A stretch of DNA of 62,699 nt, filler included, from Globobulimina sp. (Eukaryota), in the NCBI GenBank assembly GCA_003354225.1. It is 27 parts of 27 records of this genome, joined end to end, with 100 filler letters (N's around TTAATTAATTAA, not from the genome) between each part and the next. Parts side by side here need not be neighbours in the genome. Positions count along the whole stretch, not along the records: positions 1 to 2,228 come from PIVH01008044.1; positions 2,329 to 4,556 come from PIVH01008045.1; positions 4,657 to 6,883 come from PIVH01008046.1; positions 6,984 to 9,210 come from PIVH01008047.1; positions 9,311 to 11,537 come from PIVH01008048.1; 22 more parts are not named here. One strand, 5' to 3'. Positions 1 through 11,237 of the stretch are shown here, piece by piece. Within the stretch, counting starts at the first letter, position 1. Each line of letters begins with the position of its first letter. The position numbers and the translations under genes are program-made. The notes below the pieces were generated by a model. It was given only the letters and a program-made list of their open reading frames with translations. It ran no database searches and was not told the origin of the DNA.

Positions 1-579
1 GGACCTCACTGGAAAAAGGACTGTCCAGTACACTTAAAGAGTGCTTTAAGAGATTTGAGGTATAAACAAAGAAACAGACCGAATGCGAGAAGAAGAGATA
101 CTGAGCCATTCAGGCCATATAAGCGCAGAAAGTTTGAGTATGCTCCGCGTAAAAGGTATGATAATGATAAAAATCGGCGATATGAGCGTGGTGTTGGGCG
201 TAGAGATAATTCGCGGTATGAACGGCGATATGATCGTGGCAGTGACAAACGTAGTGATAAACGGAGCGATAATCAGTATGATAGACGTAGAGAGCGATAT
301 GATTCGAGATCGCGTGATGTTGGCTCATATGATAATGATCGACAAAATCGCCGTAGAAATGACCTGTATATAGATAAGAATGGATCGACTTTCATTGCTG
401 ACAAATATTTTGGAATTGAAGCATGCAGATTCTTTGCGCGAGGTCATCTTAATTGTAATAATAAATATAATTATCGAAATTGTTATTATCCGCATTATTG
501 CGAAACGTGTGGCATAGCAAATAAGCATAGAACGGATGACTGCCCGCGAGCACAGGATAGGCACTTTGGGGGCTTCTAA
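1..579 (+). CDS. Gag-like protein (C-terminal part) of a DIRS/Ngaro-type retrotransposon
   Basis: Frame is open from base 1: GPHWKKDCP (tail of a CCHC knuckle), an Arg/Asp-rich tract, then CRFF..C..NCYYPHYCETCG..KHRTDDC (Cys/His finger like those in YR-retrotransposon Gag). It lies upstream of an RT ORF. Confidence 0.7.
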   Translation, partial: GPHWKKDCPVHLKSALRDLRYKQRNRPNARRRDTEPFRPYKRRKFEYAPRKRYDNDKNRRYERGVGRRDNSRYERRYDRGSDKRSDKRSDNQYDRRRERYDSRSRDVGSYDNDRQNRRRNDLYIDKNGSTFIADKYFGIEACRFFARGHLNCNNKYNYRNCYYPHYCETCGIANKHRTDDCPRAQDRHFGGF

Positions 580-1201
580 GTAGGGCAATCATAGGCATTT
601 AAAATTGTATTGTAATCTGTTGCAGTGATAAATGATTAAAATATGGATTTGGATCAGTTATTGTTATGATACTATTCATGTTATGTTATATGGATAAGAT
701 TCAGAGTGATTGATTGATCTCTATGTTATGGATATTTATCACTTTAATTATTATATATTGCTGCAATTTAAATGTAGAATGGATTAATGAATAAAATAAA
801 TTGTGACATATAAGCCCATTATGTCGCTAAATGACTGCATTCTCTTTCTTCACGAAGCAATTGTTGTTGCTTTTGCTGATAAAAGTTTGAGTTGTGCACA
901 CTAAAAAAGCTTAAAAAAGCTAGATTTATTATTTAAAGTTTGAAATATTCTGTTAGGAGTAGTGACATAGTTGCGCGTTATAATTCTGCCTCTTTATGCA
1001 ATAGCAAACTTTGAAAAAGTCTATTATGCAGTAAAGGGACTCTCTAGCGGGCCTAAGGTGGCTGCGTTAAAACTGGAGAGTGATTTTTCTCAACCAATTG
1101 AGTTTTTGCGAAGAAATGAAATTGTCAACAAATCAATTTAAAAAATAATAAATATCAACAAATCAAATGATTTAAATAAATAAATTCAAGATACAGAGAA
1201 G

Positions 1202-2228
1202 TTGGCAATCGCAGCATTTAGACAGGCATATGGAACGTCGAAATATAAGCAATCAAAATTATTAATAAATAGTGCAATTTGGTATGTAGAGATACTGCCA
1301 TTTGTGGAGCAACATAGTGATGACAATTATTATGTGCTGTCACAAGCAATGCATCACCATCTAAAATTTGGATGGCAATTAGGAATAACGAATACGAAGA
1401 ATGTTAAATTAAATCAGGAGACATATGCAGATGATGCAGGAGGGAGAGTTGCGAGATTGGCGATTGCCAAAGAATTGACAAATGATATGTGCAGAGGGAA
1501 GATTGTTGGCTGGATGGCGGAATTAAATGGTTTTGTTCCATTATTTGTGAGGCCCAAAGAGATTGATCCCATCACAGGGGATATCTTACAATGGCGTGTA
1601 ATCAGAGATGGCACGTTTGGATCAGAACGTTTTCCATCAATAAATATGTTAACTGGTGATGATAAAGCCAGAATTAAATTGTTCCATGTCAGAGAATTAA
1701 TAAATTACTGCTATGTGTTCTATTTATTATGGGGCAAAGGATTTTATTTAGCAAAGACTGACTTAACGTGGGCGTTCAGACAGCTTCCTTTGGCAGTAAC
1801 GGAACTTAAAAACTGTGGCTATCGCTTTGATGGCAAAATATTGGTGGATTGCTATGACTTTTGGGGAACCAGAACAGGTTCAAAACACACACAAGATGTT
1901 GGCCAATTGGTGTGTAGATATTTTAATATTAAAATCAATGGTATACAGTTATTGAATGATCTAAATATGATATTGGAGAAAAATAATGTGGTGTATTTTT
2001 ATAAGAAATTTATTAATGAGTTAAATAATGAGAATATAATGAATTTTGATTATATTTATGAAAATAAACTGGTTTATAAATGGAATAGTGATTTGGTGGA
2101 GAGATGGTGTGATCAGAATGGTTTATTTAATGTAAAAAATATAATTTTAAAACATTGCTATAATGGCTTAAAATTGATGGCAGCAAACAGTGATATGTTG
2201 AATGTGAATATGGCATTTAATGAGTTTC
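1202..2228 (+). CDS. Reverse transcriptase, DIRS/Ngaro-like, truncated at contig end, with SAM-like segment at ~2072-2228
   Basis: PLFVRPK..WRVIRD..SIN; motif A region KTDLTWAFRQLP; motif B region FWGTRTGS. No YxDD before the contig end. Confidence 0.8.
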
Positions 2229-2328
2229 NNNNNNNNNNNNNNNNNNNNNNNNNNNNNNNNNNNNNNNNNNNNTTAATTAATTAANNNNNNNNNNNNNNNN
2301 NNNNNNNNNNNNNNNNNNNNNNNNNNNN
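2229..2328. other. Artificial contig spacer (first of 26): N44-TTAATTAATTAA-N44
   Basis: An identical 100-nt block recurs every ~2325 nt. TTAATTAATTAA gives stops in all six frames. Contig lengths fall steadily from 2228 to 2224 bp. Confidence 0.99.
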
Positions 2329-2493
2329 ATTGATTTAAAAGTGAGATCAGCAACGTTTCTGCCCTTATTTATTTGTCGTCGGAGCTTTTAATGCAAGTCA
2401 AGGACAAAATCATTCATTTAAGCTGGTTTTAATCTTGGGCTATGATAGGTTCAGCAAGTTTTTTAATTTAAACATCCCTCCTTGCACAGTAGT

Positions 2494-3279
2494 TTATGAC
2501 TTGTGTTCCTTTGTTTTCGTATTTGATAGCATCCACATCAATGATAATCCCACGGTATTTGACCATTTAGCTTCTTTAAACATTCCCTTTTTATAGTATG
2601 ACATAATTTGTTTTAAAGTCAAGTATTTTATCGACATTTCCTCTGTTTCATCGGAATATTTTTGTAATTTATGTACTTGTTTTGCTTTACGTGCCAAGAA
2701 AGTATGACAGAAACCAACGCCACGGTTCACGTCAGTTCTATATCGGCCAAAGTCTATCCACTCCTCGCTTACCATTCCCATTTCTTCGAGCAACTCTCGC
2801 TTAGCAGCCTTCAGTCCATCATCATTATCCTGCGGATCGATATGGCCACCAACTGTCGCATAGCTCAAGCCATTATATCCATATTTTGTTTGTTCAAATA
2901 TCACAAATAATTCCTTGCCATCAATCATTGTGGTGACCATTACATTTATTTGATTGGCTGTATCAATCCATAACCAATCAGCTATGATTTTATTATCTTT
3001 TATTTTAACTGTGTGTTGAGATAATGATAACCATTTGTTTTCAATTAAAACTTTCCTATCGATTGTTTGAGCTTCGTTGCTCCATTTGGGCCCTTCGTAG
3101 GTTCCCATTATTATTGCGTCATCCTGCAATATGTCAGACAGACTGCACTTATTCCCACCAAAATAAATATACGCTCTAATTAATAATATTGTACTTATCA
3201 CAGACCATAAAATTGATGCGATGACACAACATGATATACATTGTCTATTTGTTTGCGATGACAGTATATATGTTTTCAT
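2494..3279 (-). CDS. Nudix hydrolase with N-terminal TM anchor
   Basis: Nudix box GGHIDPQDNDDGLKAAKRELLEEMG; hydrophobic N-terminal segment; first ATG at 3279 (the ORF track uses an upstream TTG). Confidence 0.85.
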   Translation of the reverse strand: MKTYILSSQTNRQCISCCVIASILWSVISTILLIRAYIYFGGNKCSLSDILQDDAIIMGTYEGPKWSNEAQTIDRKVLIENKWLSLSQHTVKIKDNKIIADWLWIDTANQINVMVTTMIDGKELFVIFEQTKYGYNGLSYATVGGHIDPQDNDDGLKAAKRELLEEMGMVSEEWIDFGRYRTDVNRGVGFCHTFLARKAKQVHKLQKYSDETEEMSIKYLTLKQIMSYYKKGMFKEAKWSNTVGLSLMWMLSNTKTKEHKS

Positions 3280-3479
3280 TGCTTTTTTCAAATTGCTCCA
3301 TGACGCTGACTGTCTGCTTTGTGGGCTTATTCTTCGATGACGCTGTCGTATTGTACATTGAACAATTAATGACAAACTTATTAATAGAATTGAACCAAAC
3401 TAGTTCGTGATGCATTTCTATTTTCTACTTCTACTCTAACAGTTTTCAAACAAAAAGCGCCATTATCATCAGACAACCC

Positions 3480-4065
3480 ATGATGAGCCGGACTATTTCA
3501 TTAATGTTGATAACACTATTTCTCATTTTAAAACTTGTATCAAACCAAGCAGAAACCTATGGTATATTTAATCTTTATACAAAGTACTGTACAAACATTA
3601 AAATAAAACGTATTGTAAACAGATGACACTGGCAGTGATGAGACAGCTATCTCCACACAGAATGATATTACAGATGTAAACAATTCTGATTTATCTGTTA
3701 TTAATTCAGTTGATGATGATGATAACGACGATATTGAGGATGATGATGATAATGAAGAGTATGGAACAAGTGATGATGATGACGATGATGAGAGTGAAGG
3801 GAGTGATGGTTCAAGCAACGAGGAACAATTTGCAATATTTGGTGTTAACAATATTAATGATGATATTAACGGAGTTAAAGATGCAAATCTTGAGAATGAT
3901 TATAATTTAATCATTTTATTATTAGGAAATCTGTGCTCTTTGCTACTTGTATTTGTATTAATGAACTGTGTATTTATTTATTTTTATTATAAGCACACAG
4001 CAAATGCAAATCATACAATTAAGACAATTAAATCTGAATGGTCTGACTCACCGAGCGATATATAA
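3480..4065 (+). CDS. Asp-rich type I membrane protein, 2 exons (intron 3562-3622)
   Basis: Splicing GTATAT..AACAG joins signal peptide MMSRTISLMLITLFLILKLVSNQA to DDTGSDE..VDDDDNDDIEDDDDNEEYGTSDDDDDDESEG.., then a TM helix (LIILLLGNLCSLLLVFVLMNCVFIYFYY) and TAA at 4063-4065. Confidence 0.75.
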
Positions 4066-4303
4066 TTAAATATAAATTAATTCTATTTACTTTTATTTTA
4101 TTATCAAATATTTGCTATTATTTATAATTATTGTATAAATTATTTGTATTATCTTTTTTTTCCTTATTTTTTTTTCCTATGATAAAATCTGTTGGAATAT
4201 CATATGTCATAAAGTGCTTTCTTGTAATCTACGTTCCAAAGCCGTGCATGATGCGTTTTTTTAGGAATAGTTGAGTGACACGAAAACGATTAATTGAAGT
4301 TCA

Positions 4304-4556
4304 ATGTCACAACAGGCAACAAGCAGAAGAAGAAAAAAATCAAAATCAAAATCTCCATCATACCCATTAATATCGGCAGCAGCAAAGAAAAAAAGAAAGA
4401 AACTGCGCAAAAAAGAGAAAACCGATAGAATTAAAGACAATGACGACAGCGATGAAACAGACAAAACAAAAAAATCCAAGGCATATGTGAATAAAAATAA
4501 AACAAAGAAGCCAAGCCGATATTTAAGAGGTACACTGTCGTTGCTATTATTGCTAA
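4304..4556 (+). CDS. Lys-rich N-terminal fragment of an unknown protein
   Basis: ATG-initiated basic low-complexity ORF running into the contig end. Confidence 0.4.
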
Positions 4557-5315
4557 NNNNNNNNNNNNNNNNNNNNNNNNNNNNNNNNNNNNNNNNNNNN
4601 TTAATTAATTAANNNNNNNNNNNNNNNNNNNNNNNNNNNNNNNNNNNNNNNNNNNNACTGGTTTATGGTGTTGGTTTGAGATCTGTCGTACGACATCTCG
4701 ATAAATTTGAAGTTCCGAACATTTCCAAAACTTCACAACTGTGTTTTGCAATAATATTCACTTCAACAGTTCAGCTCAATTGTTATTTCTGAAAAGGTTT
4801 CCATCTCCGAACACTAACACGCAGCACGAGCGTATTATTCAATCTATACGTTTTTCAATAAAAACAAACCAGAAATCGAAAGAAAAAAAAACACACAAAA
4901 AAATGGATTAAACACAACAAACGAACGTACAAAGCGATTAAAATTATCAAATTCCAAGCCATCCAAATTTGGTTTTTAAAACTTGCCAATTACAATTACA
5001 TCAAAACCTAGATCTTGTGCCAAACGACAAAATAAAATTAAACCAAAAATGGATACTATATTAATCACTTTGCAATTGTTCTTTAGAAATAAATATTTAA
5101 CAAAAAAAGAAACCTACACACAAACACACAACAACTGTAAGGACAAACACAACGTAAATAATCTTTTTCAGATATTTACGAGCAAAATATCACAAATTGC
5201 CAAAAAAAACCAAAAAGCGCGTACAAAAACGGTTTTTTTGATAAATTTTTGATAATCTGTTATTTCTGAAAAAAAAACACACAATTAAAACAATCATTAA
5301 AAAATAATACAGCTA

Positions 5316-6508
5316 TTAAATTGTTAAAAATTGAGTGTCATTAAATATATCATCATCAAAATCGACCAGTTCCAAATCAAAATCAAAATCAAATGGATTT
5401 TCTAAATCTAACGAACCTTTACTTTCGACATCCTCATTACCATAAATATAACTAAACGATGGGCCATGTATCGCAGCATAGGAATAACCGGACAATGCTG
5501 TATTGCTACCATTGCTATTCACCTCTATTGGTGGCGGTGAATATTGCTCATCAAATACCATAATCTCACACTGAGCAAACAGTGATGGTGATGGTGACGG
5601 AATAGGTGGTATCTTATATGGATGATATCTGATTGGTAGACTCGGTGTGGATGGTACCGGTATTTGCGCATATTTTGATTGGTGATTATTATTTGAATTG
5701 TGAGTGTACGGCAATTTGATTGGTGGCACGTGCACCGGAATGGGACCATTAATATTCAACCTGTTGTATGCAGATTGTTTTTGTTGTAATATGTTAAGTA
5801 TCCATTGTTTGACATAGCTACGAACAATGACTCTGTAATTACCATTGCTCTGTGCATGAGAACGAGATCGATAATTATTGCAAACAAAAAAGAAATGGAA
5901 ACAACTTAACGAACATCGTTGCTATTTATGGGCACTTGCCATGGCATACAATTTTGGCGTCCAATATCATGAAATAACTGATCTAAATTCTTGGATTTAA
6001 TAAACGATTGATCTAAAATCAAGGGCTGTGCTTTGGAGCGATGATAATGTATTTCTGCATCCATTACATTTGAGAATATCTCAAAATATAATATTTCAAT
6101 CTCCATTTGATTTGTTGTAATATGTGTGATGTATTTATATAATTCGCTTTGTAATAATGGGTAAAAATAATGGTCGCCAATCCATTCCGCTTTGTATCTG
6201 TTCCAATAATTATCCGCTCGTTTGTGATATTGACGGAATGTTTTGGGCCTTTTGTTCATTGCTGAAATATTAACGCCTTTCCATTTATCCACGTTAGAAA
6301 ATATGGCAAGCAATGAAATTGATATTAATGAATCTGGCGAATAGGTGCTCACTGCACCGGAGATAATGCATTTTATTCTACAGTTTATGAGTTCTGCCAA
6401 TTTGGCTCCTCGTTTAGTTATATTTGACCTGATTTTCTGTTTTAATTCCATTTTAGACTTTGCTTTCCATTCAGTAATTTTGCATCCGTCGACTTTACAG
6501 TCAGCCAT
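5316..6508 (-). CDS. Hypothetical protein, 2 exons (intron 5850-5914), Pro-rich and acidic C-terminus
   Basis: Intron GTTCGT..CACAG joins ..NSND|SNGNYRV.. in frame, linking ORFs 5906-6508 and 5316-5759. Confidence 0.65.
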
Positions 6509-6585
6509 GATTCTTATTTAAACAATCTTGTATCTGCAAAACTGGCACTTTAAAAAGTATAGTAGTAAATTATAAATAGTAAAAA

Positions 6586-6883
6586 TTAATTGCTCGCCTT
6601 ACCATAGCAAGACATGCAATACTTATACAACATTGGTACATGCACAGTCACACAATACGACAACAACATGTTTTCTATCATTTCCCCAGAACAATATGCC
6701 TTGGATTTCGCCCATAATATCCATCCAAGAATTGGCCACACAAATTGGAACAGCACAGCGGGCACGAAACACAAAGCCCAGCCAATGAGCCACGCCTCCT
6801 TTTGTGAGTCAAATAGTTTGTTGAGGACCACATGAACACTGATCCAGACTGACAACAACAGCCAAACCATGCAGCCACCCGCT
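6586..6883 (-). CDS. 3' fragment of a multi-TM membrane protein
   Basis: Hydrophobic ORF open from the contig edge. Confidence 0.4.
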
Positions 6884-6983
6884 NNNNNNNNNNNNNNNNN
6901 NNNNNNNNNNNNNNNNNNNNNNNNNNNTTAATTAATTAANNNNNNNNNNNNNNNNNNNNNNNNNNNNNNNNNNNNNNNNNNNN

Positions 6984-8141
6984 CTTCCAATCTTTAACCT
7001 GATCATTATAATTATTCGTAGATATTTTGAAATTATACAAACGATAAAAAGTGCCTCTAAATCCATATTTTTTTCCTGCAACCATAAATTCAAAAGATAT
7101 TATTTTCTCATTTTGACACAAATATTTTGTGTTTTTTATATATTCTGTCAATATTGTTGGAGTAAATAGTTCTTTTACTTTGGAAGTTCCATTCTGCAAT
7201 AAACTCTGACGGAATTTGTGTATTGTTTCATTATTTAAATATGGATCCAATTCTTTAGTATCATCGATATCGATATCATTTGAATGAGTTTTCTGTTCTT
7301 GAACGGGTTCATCTTTATTTATGTTTGAATATATTTTATTATCAATAATATATTCAGCAACGTGTTCCATATCACCCTCAGAAAACAGATCAATTAATTT
7401 ATTATTATCCCCATTCACGTGCACTGACAATAAACGAATTTGTGTGGAAGACAATTGCAATGGTTGCGATTTGCAAAACATTTGTTTTGGCAATGCATAT
7501 TTATCGCTATTTTTATCATTTAAGTTTCTTATTCTTTGTTGAACCATATTTGCAGTGTAATTATAATCATTCTCTTCCAACCTATTATCGACACAAATTG
7601 TTCGCAGAAAGGTGTCATGACTTGGCGGTATTGCAGCTACTCCCAAATCCACGCCATGTAGCCATACAATATCAAATGTACTTTTCTTTAAGTTGGTATG
7701 TTTTAAAATGCGTTGGTACATTTGCATAATTGTCGCTGTTGGATAAATAAAGTGGTTTGCAAAACATTCATTGGTGTCAATCATACACCAATTTAAATCT
7801 TTTGTTGCTAACTCAATCATATTTAATCGATGATAATGGGAAATGTATTTTTGATTTTTTCTTTTCATTTTATTTGAACAATATCCATTCCAACATGGCG
7901 ATATATAGCCACCTATAACATTAAAGCCATTGGACTCTAAATATTTTCTGGCTGCACACAAAGCATCCACATGACCGTGATGAGGTGGAGCAAACGTGCC
8001 ATTATAAAATATTATACATGGCCGGTCATGATCATTGTTCATGGGAATTGTTAATTTACGAGTTGGCAATGGTTGAAAAGCATCACTTATGTTCCATTTA
8101 TCTGCAAAATTACTTGGTGTGGAAACATGATCATTACCCAT
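6984..8141 (-). CDS. NMNAT/cytidylyltransferase-like nucleotidyltransferase with an extra C-terminal domain (truncated)
   Basis: NGTFAPPHHGH (HxGH), GGYISP, HRLNMIELAT, LSSTQIR, VAEYIIDNKIY. Confidence 0.85.
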
Positions 8142-8182
8142 AATTATAATTATAATGTTTTGAGTGAAAACTGTAATTCAAA

Positions 8183-9103
8183 ATGACGACTTGCTTGCAA
8201 AGTTCGTTAAAGCAATTCCAGAACGTTTATGTTTATGGTTTATGTTGGATAGTCTTCATTCATTTTATATTTTTATTTATATTAGACGCAATCCACTTAG
8301 ATGAACAGAATGAATATCATGTCGGAGTGGCTGAGTATTGCACAATGTCAGTGATGTTAGCAATAGAATGGATTGTATGTATTTACCAATCAAAATTATT
8401 ATATCGATATCTATTCTTAACTGGTATCAAGCCAATACTCTGCTTATATGTCAGTAAAGTTATTGCATATTCAGACATTTATTTATTGCTTTATAAAATA
8501 CAATCGACACAATTTTATATTCCAATCAATGGCGCAACATCCAGCAATCCATCATATATGACGTTGTCATTGTTGTTTTTCAATTATTCTGCAGCAACAC
8601 AAACATGTACAGGAGTTGCAGATATTGTTGCAATTGGTGTCATTGTGGAATTATTTGCTATTTTACAAGTACTATTATTGGGTATAACATACAATATATT
8701 TATTTTGTCTTTAGCTTTGCTGCGGTTTTCAGAGTATCAAATTGATGAATCCAAAATTAATTACAATTATACTCCATCAAATAATAATATCTTTAATTCA
8801 CTTACATTCTTTAAAAGACTTAAAAGTTCCGAATCAAACTTTTTTTCACATGAACAGGCTTCATCAGATCTCCTCAATTTTGAAAAATTCTCAATAAATC
8901 AATACGAGACATGCTTGAAATATCATCAATTCACTTATAAATATATGCTATTAATAACTGTTATAATTGAATTACCAAAATTAATCATTGTCTATTTTGT
9001 ATGTTGCCGGGCATCGATATCACTCACTGCTCTTGTAATGGATGTAATAATTCTCTTGCTATGGATATGCTGTATGATTATTAAGGTACTACGCAATTTG
9101 TAA
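8183..9103 (+). CDS. Ion-channel-like membrane protein (K+ channel pore-like region), probably continuing past an intron at ~9087
   Basis: Multiple TM segments; FNYSAATQTCTGVADI aligns by eye with the YFSxxTxTTxGYGDI pore helix and filter. Confidence 0.55.
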   Translation: MTTCLQSSLKQFQNVYVYGLCWIVFIHFIFLFILDAIHLDEQNEYHVGVAEYCTMSVMLAIEWIVCIYQSKLLYRYLFLTGIKPILCLYVSKVIAYSDIYLLLYKIQSTQFYIPINGATSSNPSYMTLSLLFFNYSAATQTCTGVADIVAIGVIVELFAILQVLLLGITYNIFILSLALLRFSEYQIDESKINYNYTPSNNNIFNSLTFFKRLKSSESNFFSHEQASSDLLNFEKFSINQYETCLKYHQFTYKYMLLITVIIELPKLIIVYFVCCRASISLTALVMDVIILLLWICCMIIKVLRNL

Positions 9104-9310
9104 TGCAGTTGCAATCCAAAAACATTTTGTTTACAGTATAAAACTATAAATTAAAAGTGTGTTGTATTTTATATATACTGCAAATAAAATGTTTTTGTTG
9201 GTTTAAGCTGNNNNNNNNNNNNNNNNNNNNNNNNNNNNNNNNNNNNNNNNNNNNTTAATTAATTAANNNNNNNNNNNNNNNNNNNNNNNNNNNNNNNNNN
9301 NNNNNNNNNN

Positions 9311-10941
9311 CTAATTTCAATATCTTTTTTTCTTATTTCTTTGGCTTGCTTCAATGTCATACCACAGACAGCATACTCACAGATTAACATTGCTATCCCC
9401 TCCGCCATCTCACCACATCCATATTCCACAATAATCGCAGCATAATCTTTTCGTTTTAATGTGGAATAAATATTTGTTGAAATCCTTGTATTTTTGTCCG
9501 GATCGATGATAAAAAAAGCTAAAAATGCTCGATATCTTTTCTGGCCATCACCGATCACATTTTTTAACATTTTTACTCGATGAACTAAATCGTTATTATC
9601 AAATACAACGGCCGTTCCTTCCTTAGTTTCAACAGAATTCTCCGATTCTAACCAACCTGAAAAATTTAAACCTTTCTCCTCATCGCCAAATGCAACGCCA
9701 TGTTTATTCTTATTCGCATCCCAATCAATATCATATTTCTTTTATATTTATTTAATATTATACTTTTACAGCATTTATAGCACCGAAAATGTAATATTTA
9801 TATAACGATATACCTCATGCTCCATATCGGCATATTCGCACTTATCAGATTGGCAAATCCCAAATGTATTTCTAAATTTTAAATCTCCGCCTTTTAAATT
9901 CGCATCTTTTTCAAAATAATATAAGCCCGCAACAATAATATTTTCTGTCAATCCTTCCTTATGCCAATGTCCTTTGTATCCCATTCCATCCTCAATGCAG
10001 TACCTCTGCGATTTGACAATAACTTGAAAAGAATCATTTTTTCTATCTTTAAAGGCTGCGTATTTATTAAATAAAGGCAACATTCGCTGAAATACATATT
10101 CAACGCCTTGGTAAATATTCTCATATTTTGCTCTCGGCGCTATATTATGGATGGACGACGTAATTTGTATGCGATTATTTTGCTTATTTTCATGGAATTC
10201 AGTGGCTATCCATTGATATGCGGCTCTTTGGAAATATCCCTTTTGTTGGCATTCATTTATCCATTCATTGTCATCCATTAATTTTAGTGGTTCATCGTCA
10301 TTCAGATATTCGTTCCAATTGGAATGTTCGGGTTTGAATTGTTTCAAATATTGCATTTGCTTTTGTTTATTATAATATTTATAAACATACAAATCGGGAT
10401 CAATTATATTTTGTATCGGTTCGTTTTCTCGCCAATCATTATTGGTTTGTGCCAATTGAATTAATTCTTGTTTTAATGAATTTATTTTATTCTCATCAAC
10501 ATTTAATTTATTACAAATGTAAACATTCCATTTTAAAAGGACGAGTTCAACGCCATCGCGGGTTACAATTTCTCGATTTCTCGCTAATTTATAAATATAT
10601 TGATGCCGATCGTATAGTAATGGATCAATTTTATGTTTTGTATCATATAAATGTTGATAATACAAAAACCAATCCATTTCATCCCATTCTTGTTTAAAAT
10701 CGATGTCATCCTCATCCATATCGGTCTCTTCATCTTCATCTTCGTCTCCATGTGAAATAGGTTCAACATCATCCGTTTCTTGCTCAGCTGTTGATTGTTG
10801 GCCATTTTTTTGTTTTTTTTTAGGTGGTTCATCCGGATCCATTGACTGATTTAAATCATTCTTATTTTCCTTATTCTCAGGATTTTCTGCAGATTCAGTA
10901 ACTTTTCTTGTTCGCTTTCTTGAATTATTGGTCGATTGCAT
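9311..10941 (-). CDS. DUF4246-like (2OG-Fe(II) oxygenase-fold) protein, intron 9739-9813, truncated
   Basis: YQWIATEF, ITSSIHNI, QVIVK, GHWHKEG..ENIIVAGLYY; after splicing EGTAVVFDN..VHRV..RAFLAFFIIDP. Confidence 0.8.
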
Positions 10942-10945
10942 TCCT

Positions 10946-11237
10946 GATGACTAGCTCACTTCAAGAAAATCTTAATATCAGGGTTCTCACCTCATAGACG
11001 ACAGTGCAAGGATAGATTTTTCCAGGATTATAGCATATGAAAGAAGACAAATCTATGCAATAAAGGTAAAAATGAGAACCCTGATATTAAGATTTTCTTG
11101 AAGTGAGCTAGTCATTAACAAATAGTTATATAACTCAAGTAATGTTGTAATGTTACAAGATTGCAAAAAAACATTACAAGATTGCAAAAACATTACAACA
11201 TTACATGAGTTAGTAATTAGTTATTGAGCTAGTCATC
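10946..11237. mobile_element. MITE-like element with 13-bp TIR and 7-8-bp target-site duplication
   Basis: CATTCCT|GATGACTAGCTCA ... TGAGCTAGTCATC|CATTCCT. Internal perfect 43-bp inverted repeat (10947-10989/11073-11115) and a 24-bp inverted repeat with one mismatch (11131-11154/11189-11212). Confidence 0.8.

Larger units (their letters stand above)
1..2228 (+). mobile_element. Internal fragment of a tyrosine-recombinase (DIRS/Ngaro-like) retrotransposon
   Basis: gag-like ORF followed by an RT ORF on the same strand; termini are not in the contig. Confidence 0.7.

Noticed and set aside
1202-2228. Retron, group II intron or DGR reverse transcriptase
   Set aside because: The motifs and upstream Gag-like zinc fingers fit YR retrotransposons. 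No msr/msd, TR/VR pair or intron domain V was seen.
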